This document shows, piece by piece, positions 26,032-36,974 of a DNA stretch of 64,000 nucleotides; positions within the stretch are counted from its first letter, which is position 1, and each line of letters starts with the position of its first letter. The stretch comes from Torpedo marmorata (Eukaryota). Location of the stretch: contig OZ360222.1 of NCBI GenBank assembly GCA_977017645.1, forward strand, positions 225,928,001-225,992,000, given 5' to 3'. The position numbers and the translations under genes were made by a program. Under the pieces are notes generated by a model, which was not told the origin of the DNA, ran no database searches, and was given only the letters and a program-made list of their open reading frames with translations.

Positions 26032-26242
26032 ATGGCTGAAGCGAATGCTCATTACCTTTTTGGGGGCTCTTGTCATTTTTTTGACTGTCCTGTTCGTGGT
26101 ACATAAGGTAAAAGAATGTGTGGAATTAAATCTCCAGGCAGGTTCACGGTCCTTAAGATCAAAACGAGAAAGGCATGACAACACTTACCTACGTATGTCC
26201 CTGATGTATGTTGAAACTATGAATGTGTCTCATTGTTGGGTC

Positions 26243-29200
26243 TGTGGTAAACCACTTTGTATGTATTATGGCCTGAGGCAGGTATGACCATGACCTGTCT
26301 GTCTGTCCCGGTGACCCCTCCCCCCTTTACCTGGAATAAAGGCCTTGAGCCAGCAACTCCTCCCCCAGTTCCGGGACAATCCAGCAGGGATCATCAGGTC
26401 AAGGCATAGTCAGCCCTGGCTTTGATTCTGTTAATAAAAGCCTGTTAATTCCTGCACTTCTAGACTCGTGTCGGTTATTGATAGGTATATCAATTTTATT
26501 AACAGTTTCAACAAAATACGAATCAATGGAGAATTTGTTAAAGCCAGACAAGCTAGACATCGACCCCCTGGCCCAAGACGCTGCAAGCGATTTCGAACTG
26601 TGGCAACGCTGCTTCACAGCCTACGTGAGGTCGTCCGGAGCGGCTACCGACGAGCAGAAACTCGATATCCTCATGTCCAGGGTAAGCAAGCGAGTGTATG
26701 GCGCCGTCAGAGACTGTGGGACTTTTGAGGATGCCTTGGTCGCCCTCCGAACGCTGTACATGACGCCTGCGAACGAGATTTTCGCAAGGCACCGGATATC
26801 GCAGCGGTACCAGCGACCCGGAGAGTCGGTCTCCGAATATATCCAGGACGTGATGCTCCTGGTACGAGCGTGTGACTGTCGAGCCCTGACGGCTGAGCAA
26901 CACTCCGAGATTCTGGCAAGGGACACTATCATAAAAGGGATCAGGTCGGGCTACATCCGCCAGCGATTGCTGGAACACGCCGACCTGACCCTGAAATCGA
27001 CTGTCCAGAACATCCTGAATCTGGACTCAGCCCTAAAGAACGCTGACGCTATGCAGGCGCAGCCTGCTTCTTGGATCGCCCCAACCGTCAGCCCTACAAG
27101 CAACGCGACGGCTGCTGCCGTCTACCGGGACCCGCTCGCCGCCGCCGACGCTATCCGTGAGTTGGCCGCTGCCGCCGCTGCCCGAGAGCCCGCCGCTACC
27201 CGTGAGTTAACCGCTGCCGCTATCACCCGGGAGCCCGAGAAGTGCTACTTCTGCGGGCTCGACAAGCACCCACGCAAGCGCTGCCCGGCCCGAGACGCGA
27301 CTTGTTCTAGCTGTGGCAAGAAAGGCCACTATGCTAAGGTCTGCCGCTCCAAGTCGCGCACGGGTCCGAGCAGCGCCGCGTGCGAGGTACGGGAGCGGCC
27401 ATCTTACTCGACTCCACTTCCGGCGGAGACCTCGTGTGAGGTCTGGAGGCAGCCATCACAGCGCGCAGCACTTCCGTTTTCCAGCAGCGCCACGTGCGAC
27501 GGGAGGGGGCGGCCATCTTACCCGACGTCACTTCCTGAGGAGACCTCGTGTGAGGACTGGAGGCGGCCATCTTGGTCCACACATCCGATCTCTACATTTC
27601 CGGCGCGGCCATTTTATAATCTCACCGCAGCACTTCCAGCACTCCCGGCTCCACCCCCTCGTAGCGACACGTACGAGCTACGGGAGCTGCCACCGGATCA
27701 AGATCAAGACTTCGTCTCGACCCTGGCATCCGTGACGCTGGACCAGAGCGCGCCCCATCAACTGTCCAGATCCATGATGGACATCCTCGTTGAGGGGCAT
27801 AAGACCACCTGCCTGTTCGACACAGGCAGTACAGAAAGTTTTATCCATCCTGACACTGCCCAGCGCTGTGGCCTCACCATTGTACCGGTAAGCCAGAGGG
27901 TGGCCATGGCGTCTGGAACGCACACAATAGACATCCGGGGGGGTTGTGTGGCGAATATAGTGGTACAGGGCACGGAATATCGGGAGTTTTCATTGTTAAT
28001 CATGCCCCGTTTGTGTGCTCCTGTATTGCTGGGATTGGACTTCCAAAGCCACCTGCGTAGCGTCACCATGCACTATGATGGGCCCCACCCCCCAATCGTT
28101 GTGACTAACCCCCAATATTTAATTAATACGCCCCAGAATACCTGTGGTCTCTCCACACTAAAGACCCAACCCCCGCCACTCTTCGCCAACCTGACCCCTG
28201 ACTGTAAGCCCATCGCAACTAAAAGTAGGCGATACAGTGCAGGGGACAGGGCATTCATTAAGGCGGAGGTGCAGCGTTTACTGGGGGAAGGGATCATTGC
28301 ACCCAGTAACAGCCCCTGGAGAGCACAGGTAGTCGTGGTGAAGAACGGGGCTAAGAGCCGGATGGTGGTGGACTATAGCCAGACCATCAACCGGTTCACG
28401 CAACTGGACGCCTATCCGCTGCCGAGGATCGCGGATATGGTCAACCAGATTGCTCAATACAAAGTCTTCTCCACCATCGACCTTAAGTCGGCTTACCACC
28501 AGCTCCCAATCTGCCGGGAGGACCGAGTATACACCGCTTTCGAGGCGGACGGCAGATTATTCCATTTTCTGCGCGTTCCCTTCGGGGTAACAAATGGGGT
28601 ATCCGTGTTCCAAAGGGAGATGGACAGGATCATTGACCAGTTCAAGCTCACTGCCACCTTCCCGTACCTGGACGACATCACCATCTGTGGTCATGATCGC
28701 CAGGATCACGACAGGAACCTTCGGAAGTTCTTACAGGCGGCCGAGACGCTGAACCTCACATATAACAAGGAGAAATGCGTGTTCGGGACTACCCGACTCG
28801 CTATCCTGGGGTGCGTCGTGGAAAACGGGGTGATTGGACCCGACCCCGACCGCATGCGCCCCCTGTTGGAACTTCCGATCCCCGTTACCCCCAAAGCACT
28901 TAAACGATGCCTCGGGTTTTTCTCCTATTATGCGCAGTGGGTCCCAAACTACTCGGACAAAGCCCGACCCCTCGTCAAGTCCACCAAGTTTCCCCTGGCA
29001 GCGGAGGCACGTGAGGCTTTCGACCTCATAAAGGGGGACATCGCCCGAGCAGCGATGCACGCGGTGGACGAGTCGGAACCTTTTCAGGTAGAGAGTGACG
29101 CCTCGGACTTCGCACTGGCTGCTACCCTCAACCAGGCGGGAAGACCGGTAGCGTTTTTCTCCCGCACCCTTCAAGGCCCTGAAATTCGGCACTCCGCGGT

Positions 29201-30971
29201 AGAGAAAGAGGCCCAGGCCATTGTCGAGGCTGTCCGGCACTGGAGGCACTATCTCGCCGGAAAACATTTTACCCTGCTGACGGACCAGCGCTCCGTCGCT
29301 TTCATGTTTAACAGCCAGCAGCGGGGTAAAATTAAAAATGATAAAATCATGAGGTGGAGAATAGAACTCTCCACCTACAATTACGACATCCTTTACCGGC
29401 CCGGGAAGCTCAACGAGCCCCCTGACGCTCTATCCCGGGGATCGTGCGCCAGCGCGCAGATCGACCGGTTATACGCCCTACATAATGACCTCTGCCACCC
29501 AGGAGTCACCAGGCTGTTCCACTTCATTAAAGCACGGAACCTGCCTTTCTCCCTGGATGAGGTCAAGACCATGACCAGCAGCTGCCGAGTCTGTGCGGAA
29601 TGCAAACCGCAGTACTACCGCCCCGACAGAGCACAGCTGGTCAAAGCCACCCGCCCTTTCGAACGTCTCAGTATAGACTTCAAGGGCCCCCTCCCCTCCA
29701 CGAACCGCAATGTGTACTTCCTCAACATCATCGATGAGTACTCGCGGTTCCCCTTTGCCATCCCCTGCCCAGACACCTCGGCGGCGTCGGCTATCAAGGC
29801 TCTCCACCAGGTTTTCACCGTGTTCGGGTTCCCCAGCTATGTCCACAGCGACCGGGGGTCCGCGTTCATGAGCGGGGAGCTGCGACAGCACTTGCAGACC
29901 CGAGGCATCGCTACCAGCAGGACCACGGGGTACAACCCACGGGGGAACGGACAGGTGGAGAGGGAGAACGCCACAGTATGGACAGCGACACTACTGGCCC
30001 TGAAAGCAAAAGGGTGGCCAGTGGCTCGCTGGCAGGAGGTTCTCCCGGACGCACTCCACTCTATACGATCCCTCTTATGTACCGCCACTAACACTACCCC
30101 TCACGAACGTATCTTTTCCTTCCCCAGAAAATCGACCACCGGGACTACACTCCCTGCCTGGCTGACGTCCCCGGGGCCGGTGCTACTCCGCAAACATCTT
30201 CGGAGTAGCAAGTACGAGCCCTTAGTCGAGAGGGTGCAGCTGATCCATGCAAACCCGCAGTACGCATTCGTGGTTCTCCCCGACGGGCGGGAAGACACGG
30301 TGTCAATACGGGACCTGGCACCTGCAGGAGCGTCTGAAGAGGTCCCCGACAGCGGGAACGCCGGGTCGCAGCTGCCCCCTCCGGACCATCCGCCTCCCAG
30401 CACGACGTTGTCCCCGTCACAGCTGTACTGGCCACTAGCCAGGCAGGAGGCGAACCAGCCCCAGATCCACCATACTGTACCTACTCCCATTCCGCAGCCA
30501 CAACCATCTCCGCGGGCACCACGTATTTTCACTCGTACCCTCATTCCACAACCACTACCATCACCGCTGGCGCTACGCAGGTCACGGCGGCAAATCCGGC
30601 CGCCGGCGAAACTCGACCTGTAAAAACTGTATATTATCTATGTATTCTGTATTTCTTTTCTTCTCTTTTTACAGTATCCACTTCACCCCCCCGTCGGACT
30701 TGTTCTAAAAGAAGGGGTGAATGTGGTAAACCACTTTGTATGTATTATGGCCTGAGGCAGGTATGACCATGACCTGTCTGTCTGTCCCGGTGACCCCTCC
30801 CCCCTTTACCTGGAATAAAGGCCTTGAGCCAGCAACTCCTCCCCCAGTTCCGGGACAATCCAGCAGGGATCATCAGGTCAAGGCATAGTCAGCCCTGGCT
30901 TTGATTCTGTTAATAAAAGCCTGTTAATTCCTGCACTTCTAGACTCGTGTCGGTTATTGATAGGCATATCA
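26243..30971 (+). mobile_element. Full-length, very young Ty3/Gypsy LTR retrotransposon
   Basis: 250-bp LTRs 26243-26492 and 30722-30971 (TG...CA, one mismatch seen); TSD GGGTC; PPT AAAAGAAGGGGTGAA. Confidence 0.97.
26526..30623 (+). CDS. Gypsy single gag-pol polyprotein (Gag with two zinc knuckles, PR, RT, RNase H, IN)
   Basis: Uninterrupted ORF, likely starting MENLLKP at ATG 26526; CSSCGKKGHYAKVC, FDTGS, YLDD, SDASD, H-H-C-C zinc finger, SDRG..VERE. Confidence 0.95.
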   Translation: MENLLKPDKLDIDPLAQDAASDFELWQRCFTAYVRSSGAATDEQKLDILMSRVSKRVYGAVRDCGTFEDALVALRTLYMTPANEIFARHRISQRYQRPGESVSEYIQDVMLLVRACDCRALTAEQHSEILARDTIIKGIRSGYIRQRLLEHADLTLKSTVQNILNLDSALKNADAMQAQPASWIAPTVSPTSNATAAAVYRDPLAAADAIRELAAAAAAREPAATRELTAAAITREPEKCYFCGLDKHPRKRCPARDATCSSCGKKGHYAKVCRSKSRTGPSSAACEVRERPSYSTPLPAETSCEVWRQPSQRAALPFSSSATCDGRGRPSYPTSLPEETSCEDWRRPSWSTHPISTFPARPFYNLTAALPALPAPPPRSDTYELRELPPDQDQDFVSTLASVTLDQSAPHQLSRSMMDILVEGHKTTCLFDTGSTESFIHPDTAQRCGLTIVPVSQRVAMASGTHTIDIRGGCVANIVVQGTEYREFSLLIMPRLCAPVLLGLDFQSHLRSVTMHYDGPHPPIVVTNPQYLINTPQNTCGLSTLKTQPPPLFANLTPDCKPIATKSRRYSAGDRAFIKAEVQRLLGEGIIAPSNSPWRAQVVVVKNGAKSRMVVDYSQTINRFTQLDAYPLPRIADMVNQIAQYKVFSTIDLKSAYHQLPICREDRVYTAFEADGRLFHFLRVPFGVTNGVSVFQREMDRIIDQFKLTATFPYLDDITICGHDRQDHDRNLRKFLQAAETLNLTYNKEKCVFGTTRLAILGCVVENGVIGPDPDRMRPLLELPIPVTPKALKRCLGFFSYYAQWVPNYSDKARPLVKSTKFPLAAEAREAFDLIKGDIARAAMHAVDESEPFQVESDASDFALAATLNQAGRPVAFFSRTLQGPEIRHSAVEKEAQAIVEAVRHWRHYLAGKHFTLLTDQRSVAFMFNSQQRGKIKNDKIMRWRIELSTYNYDILYRPGKLNEPPDALSRGSCASAQIDRLYALHNDLCHPGVTRLFHFIKARNLPFSLDEVKTMTSSCRVCAECKPQYYRPDRAQLVKATRPFERLSIDFKGPLPSTNRNVYFLNIIDEYSRFPFAIPCPDTSAASAIKALHQVFTVFGFPSYVHSDRGSAFMSGELRQHLQTRGIATSRTTGYNPRGNGQVERENATVWTATLLALKAKGWPVARWQEVLPDALHSIRSLLCTATNTTPHERIFSFPRKSTTGTTLPAWLTSPGPVLLRKHLRSSKYEPLVERVQLIHANPQYAFVVLPDGREDTVSIRDLAPAGASEEVPDSGNAGSQLPPPDHPPPSTTLSPSQLYWPLARQEANQPQIHHTVPTPIPQPQPSPRAPRIFTRTLIPQPLPSPLALRRSRRQIRPPAKLDL

Positions 30972-31987
30972 GGGTCTGCACCCAATTGCCAACCAACAGT
31001 GGTCAGGGAGTCCCTATGATATCAATACCATTTAATCAGACAGAACATCAGGCCTGGAAATGCCACTCTAATCGGACTTTGAGCATTATAAAAAAAACAT
31101 CTGAATGCTGACCTATTACACATTTGTTCTGTCCAAGTCACCCCGCTATTTTAAACTAAACAGGTACAATATAGGGGGAACCTGTTTGTGCAGGGGAAAT
31201 GAAAATAGGACAGGAACGGGCCATTGTACCAAAATAAGTGATCAATTTGGCTATTTTACAGGGGAAGCAACCTTAAATGGTACCTATCTTTGTGATGGAC
31301 AAAAAGTGTATCCATGGCTGCCATACTATTGGCAAAGGTGTTATTATTTAACTTACCTTGCCCCAGCGATACGGCATTTTGAGGATATTACTGACCATCC
31401 TTTGGTACGGGATAGAGTAAAAAGAGCCATCTCTGAAACTGGGCGGTTTTTAATGACTATTTTTCCCAATTATGGTGTGGCTAAAGCCACTCGGGAACTG
31501 ATCAATGTGGCCAGTGCCCAAGAAAAACTTGCCAACACTACTGCAAGGATTGAAGTAAATACGCAGACCCAGATTCGTGAACTCACTGCGGAGGTAGTGG
31601 CTATACGAACCGTGGGTCTGCAGAATCGGACGGCCCTTGATCTGCTGTTGGCAGAACGAGGTGGTACATGTGAAGTAGTAGGACAGGAATGCTGCACCTA
31701 CATCCCTGATGCCTCTGAAAATATCACCCATTTGCCGAACCACATTGGGGAACAAATATGCGATGTCCAGAAAATAGGGGAACAGTTCCATAATTACAAC
31801 CCCCCCGGGACCATCTTGGTGGCCTTTCAAAGGAAGGTGGACAACATTTATTCAGGGTCTGTGTGTCCTGGCTATTATTTTATTAGTTGTGTTGATCTTG
31901 CGACTCTTTTGTATGATCCGATTATGTTTAAAGAACAAATTATTCTTACTACCAAATAAGTTATCATGGAATGATAAAAGGAGGGAA

Positions 31988-32428
31988 TGATAGATTATAG
32001 CATAGATTGTATAGATTTGCTTTATTTGCTTCTTTCCTTTCTAAAAATTTCAGCAGCAAGAAAAGGCTTAAAAATAATATTTTTATGGGAAAATACTAGA
32101 GTCTGTTAAAGAAATTGTTTTCTTTTAGTAGCGCAGCTGCAAGACGTGAGAACCAAGGCCATGCTGTTCTCAAAACTCATGCTAGAGTTTTGCTGAAGTC
32201 TGCAGATTACAGGTCATGTAAATAGTCATGAACAGGCTGTAGAATGGGAAGCTAAACCATATAAAAAGGCTTGTGCCTGTCTGCATATGGCCTTTCTTGC
32301 AGAAAGACCCTGTTGTAGGTTACAACATGTCTCTCGTGTAACGGAGCTCCGGCTTTGCAAAGCTAATAAAATTGTGTTGTACTCGCATTAGTTGTCATAC
32401 ACTTCTTTATATTTGATTTGAGTTAACA
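31988..32428 (+). repeat. ERV 3' LTR
   Basis: TG...CA, follows PPT; roughly 25-30 differences from the 5' LTR by eye. Confidence 0.92.
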
Positions 32429-32724
32429 CCCCCATCACCATTTTGTTTGGGCGTCTGCCTACATTTTTTCATACCTTGATGAAGGGCTCAAGCCCAAAAT
32501 GGTGAAAATATTTTAAAATTGGGAAGCAGCATGCAGCACAGCCTTGTTTTTTTCTTTTGTTGCATAACCACATAGTTTGGTTTTAACTTTTTCAGCTGGG
32601 GTGATTTTAGTTGTTAAGAAGTGAACATCCTAGATCTGTGCATGTTAACTCAAAATTCCTGTATATGATGAGCATCCTCTATCCTATTCTGAACAAGTAT
32701 GAATTAATATTGCATTGTAATAGG

Positions 32725-33636
32725 TGTTATGGACCTTGACTGACCATTTGGACGGCGGACGGTCAGCAGGAAGGATGAAGTCTTTTGGAGTATACACTGG
32801 GGCCAGGTACTGAAAGAGTTAACTTCCCCAGGACTTGGTGTACCCAGACAGAGAGACAAGCTGTGGACAGATACATTGTTGCACTTTTGGTGTACCCAGA
32901 CAGAGAGAGACCAGAGAGAGAGAGACTGTGGACCAGATACATTTGTTTTACTTTTGCAAAAAGCAGGTGCAGATTTCTGCACAAAGCAGACAGTTGTAAG
33001 TTGCAAAGGCTAGAGGACACAGCCAAATCCAGGCTTGCACAGTCAGAGAGAAAAGACTGGCAGAATAGCACATGGCCTCCTGTCTCAGAGAAATTCTGAG
33101 TTAAAAGCACTTCTGTGGAGAACAGGCGTGAGATCAGCGAGACTAGCTGTGAGATTCAAGCACACGCCTAAATCAGTGGTATACTGATCTGGAACTTGCA
33201 ATCCTTATGAACCTACAAGAAGGGGACGTCATCAGAGAAGAAAACAAGTATTTGTAAGCATAAACAGTCATTGTCTCTCTCCAACGTTCATTCAGAAGTA
33301 CTTCTACCAGACACAGAGCTGAATTTGAAGCCTGAACTTAGAGAGTGAATTTTGTAGACTGTATTATCCTTTTTTTTTGACTGACTTGTTTTTTATGACT
33401 GACCTGGGGTTTTTGGGGAAAGTTTTTCCATTTTTACATAAGGGTTGGGCACAGACTGTAATGGTCTGGGCTTTACACACACACACACACCTTTTAGATA
33501 AGAATAGTTTTATGGACATTTATAGTGGGGTTAATTGTTGTGAAATTATATGTTTAATTGTCTTTAATAAATAGTAATTTCAATTTTACCCCTTTTGCAT
33601 TGCGTCTTCTGTCGTTGCTGGTTTGATTTTGTAACA
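32725..33636 (+). mobile_element. Solo LTR of the Gmr1-like family (same subtype as 59845-60745)
   Basis: TGTTATGGACC...GTAACA; reverse complement of 59845-60745; (AC)n; no clean TSD. Confidence 0.88.
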
Positions 33637-33895
33637 TTAAGGTGTCCTGGTTTAGAAAAACAAACATTTTTTGTGAGAGACAATATTTTTCTTTGTGTTA
33701 AATTCAGTGTCATTTAGATTCTTGTAGACTAATACTAGAAGAATGTAATTTAATGGAAAATAATATCTTGGTTTTATTCTTCTGCACTTAATCTTTAAGT
33801 TTCTGACGAATTTCCTTACACAGAATTCACTTGTATTAATTTAACTTTTGTTATGTGCATCTCAATCCTTAATATACCATGTGTCAGAAAAAATG

Positions 33896-34146
33896 GGACT
33901 GCACGGTTAACGTAGCAGTTAGTGCAACGCTATTACAGCGCCAGTGACCCATGTTCAAATTCGGTGCTGTGTGTAAAGCGTTTGTACGTTTCTCCCAGTG
34001 TCTGCATGGGTTTCCTCTGGGTACTCTGGTTTCCTCCTACCTTTCAAAATGAATTGGGGTTGTAGGTTAATTGGAATATTGGATGGCTCAGGCTTGTGGG
34101 CTGGAAGGGCCTGTTACCATGCTGTATGCCTAATTTTTAAAAAAAT
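33896..34146 (+). mobile_element. tRNA-derived V-SINE
   Basis: Colinear with 14404-14670; B-box-like GTTCAAATTC. Confidence 0.85.
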
Positions 34147-34227
34147 ATTGGAAGTGATCCATTCTCTTTGAAAATGTGTGAATGAACTGAGAAAGGTAAT
34201 AAAATTGATCAGGGACATTTATTAATG

Positions 34228-35445
34228 TGTGACCTCACTGGACCCCCTGCAGTTCGCATATAGATCAAACCGCTCCACAGATGATGCCATCATTACCACC
34301 CTCCACCTAGCCCTCACCCACCTGGAAAATAAGGACGCGTATGTTCGAATGCTGTTTATTGACTTCAGCTCGGCATTCAACACGATCATACCTCAGTACC
34401 TGATAGGGACGTTGAGCGGGCTGGGCCTAAACTACACCCTCTGTAATTGGATCCTAGACTTCCTGACAGGAAGACCTCAGGCAGTCCGGATTGGAAACAG
34501 CACTTCCAAGGTCATTACATTGAGCATGGGGGCTGTGTGCTTAGTCCATTGCTGTTCACCCTGCTGACTTATGACTGTGCAGCAAAACACAGCTCGAATC
34601 ACATCATAAAGTTTGCTGATGATACAACCATGGTGGGCCTTATCAGTAAGAATGATGAGTCAGCATACAGAGATGAGGTGCAGTCGCTAATGGAATGGTG
34701 TGGAAACAACAACCTGCAGCTGAACGTGAACAAAACAAAAGAGTTGGTTGTCGACTTCAGAAGAGCCCGGGGGGATAATTCTCCTTTGACCATGGACGGC
34801 TCTACCGTTGAGGTCGTAACGAGTACCAAGTTTCTTGGAGTGCACTTGGCGGAGAGTCTCAGCTGGTCCCTAAACACCAGTTCCATAGTCAAGAAAGCCC
34901 AGCAGCGTCTTTACTTCCTGCGAAGACTGAGGAAAGTTCATCTCCCACCCCCTATCCTTACTACATTCTACAGGGGATGCATTGAGAGTATTCTGAGCAA
35001 TTGCATCACCGCTTGGTTTGGAAACTGTACCACCTCAGACCGAAAGACGCTGCAGAGGATAGTGAGGGCAGCGGAGAAAATTATTGGAGTCTCTCTCCCC
35101 ACCATGACAGACATTTACAACACACGATGCATGAGGAAGGCTAAAAACATTGTGAAGGACTTATCACACCCCCTTGGTAAACTGCTTTCCTCTTTGCCAT
35201 CTGGAAGGAGGTACCGAAGCACTCAGGCTCGCACGTCCAGACTGTGCAACAGTTTTTTCCCCCAAGCCATCAGGCTCCTCAATTCCTAGATATATATGTG
35301 TATTAGCATGTTATAGTTTTTTCTATTGTATTATGATATTTATGTACATCAGCCCATGGTCCTGGAGAAACGCTATCTCGTCTTACTGTGTATATGGTAA
35401 TGAACGACAAATAAAAGTGACTTGACTTGACTTGACTTGACTTGA
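34228..35445 (+). mobile_element. Rex1/Babar LINE, 5'-truncated RT
   Basis: [33 protein letters not shown]; AATAAA plus (GACTT)n tail. Confidence 0.92.
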
Positions 35446-36974
35446 CCTTTAGTAACATTTGTGTTTTTAATTTCTCACTCATTTTAATAGATACAAAGGA
35501 TATGATGAGCCATGGTTTTCAGATAACTACAGGCATCCACCTTAAATACAAACATGACATGTTGCATTTGGACTTTAACTATGAAATCTCCAAGAAAAGT
35601 ACAAGAGGGTCCTATTATAGTTTATCTGTTTAGTTGCATTTCTCAAATATATTGGAAGTTCAGATGCACAAAATAAATGCTAAATGAGTACAAGCAAGTG
35701 AACTGCATATCCCTGTGGAAGCTAACAATCTCAAATAAATACAACAAAGACTCAAGACCAAGAAGGTGATGCTTTGTACAGTAAAAAAAAACATTTGTTT
35801 CAACACTTCATCGTGGTGAAGGCTGTGATTACTGTTCACAAGGAACTTTCTCATCCACTTGGGATTTTGAAACTTGTGTACAGTCGGGATCATAAAATTT
35901 GTTAGCAGAAGTGAATGACCTTTGACAGGTAGTTTCAGTCAGCTCTCTGGAGATGAGGTACAGAGGTAGTGAGGATCATTAATGAAACAGAGCTCCAATT
36001 CACATTTTGGCAAAATAAACTTAGTGAATGGTATGATTGTGAGGTAAGTAAGCACCATGTAAATGGTTTTCCATCAATACTTTGTATCTGAATTGCTGCA
36101 ATAACATTTACAAAGACTTTTTGAGCCAATATTAGTTTTGAAAAGATCTGATTTGCTTACAGCAGTTGCTTTACCTTTTTTAAAATTATTTTTAAAACAT
36201 TGCCAGAGTTTTTACCTTCCTGTTCAAGATACAACTTAATTACATTCATCTCAAACTGAAAATAGTACTGGATATGAATTTGGCACAGTTTTCACATACT
36301 CAATATAATTGTTGATTTCCCTATCTTGTGCTATCACGGGCTTCCGGAAATGTGACAAGCACTAAATAATTTCAGAGAGCCTTGAGAATATATGATCTAT
36401 GCAAACAAAGAAATCAAAGATAGCAAATGGAAAGACATCCCATTCTCATTCAATCTAATGAAATGAGTCAAGGAAAATTCAGTAAATGTATCAATTGATC
36501 CAAGGCATCTGGAGCATGGATAATTTTGTCAAAAATAAAGCAAAGAAAAATTGAAGATGCTAAAAATACTAGCTAAAAATAAAGCTGGAACAGGCGCATA
36601 AATATAGTGGCTATAAGAACAAGTGATGGAACTGGGTATCCTGCAGTGAGTAATTCACTTCCTGACAACCCAAAGTCTTTTCCATCCTTTACAAGACAAA
36701 AGTCGGGATCGTGATGGTAGAGTCTCTGCCTCTTTGAGTGCATCACCAGGAAGCTTGACACAATCCAAGCCAAAACAACATACTTGATTGACAGGCCATC
36801 CACCACCCTTAAATTTCAATGTCTTCATTGCCAACGTACCACGGGTATTGTCTACAAAATGCATTAAACAGTACCTCGCAAATTCATGGCCTCTACCACC
36901 AAGACCAGCAAGAGGTTCAGGCGCATGGACCTTCATGATTCCTCTAAACTGCAAGCCAACATGATTGGGAATGG

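Larger units (their letters stand above)
26045..31990 (+). pseudogene. env: ERV env (gamma-type), split by the Gypsy insertion; pieces 26045-26242 and 30977-31990
   Basis: Hydrophobic leader, CWVC (CxxC), furin site RVKR, ISD LQNRTALDLLLAERGG, CX6CC (CEVVGQECC); TM helix GLCVLAIILLVVLIL in the shifted frame after the C-run at 31800. Confidence 0.92.
21172..32428 (+). mobile_element. Class I (gamma/epsilon-like) endogenous retrovirus, defective
   Basis: Two ~440-bp LTRs, PBS, pol, env, PPT (GATAAAAGGAGGGAA); flanking CCCCC TSD. Confidence 0.93.

Noticed and set aside
26553-30544. Many antisense ORFs over the Gypsy element
   Set aside because: Expected shadow ORFs of GC-rich coding sequence; no motifs
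10142-33636. LTRs at 10142 and 32725 as ends of one element
   Set aside because: Opposite orientation, different subtypes, and the first has its own TSD
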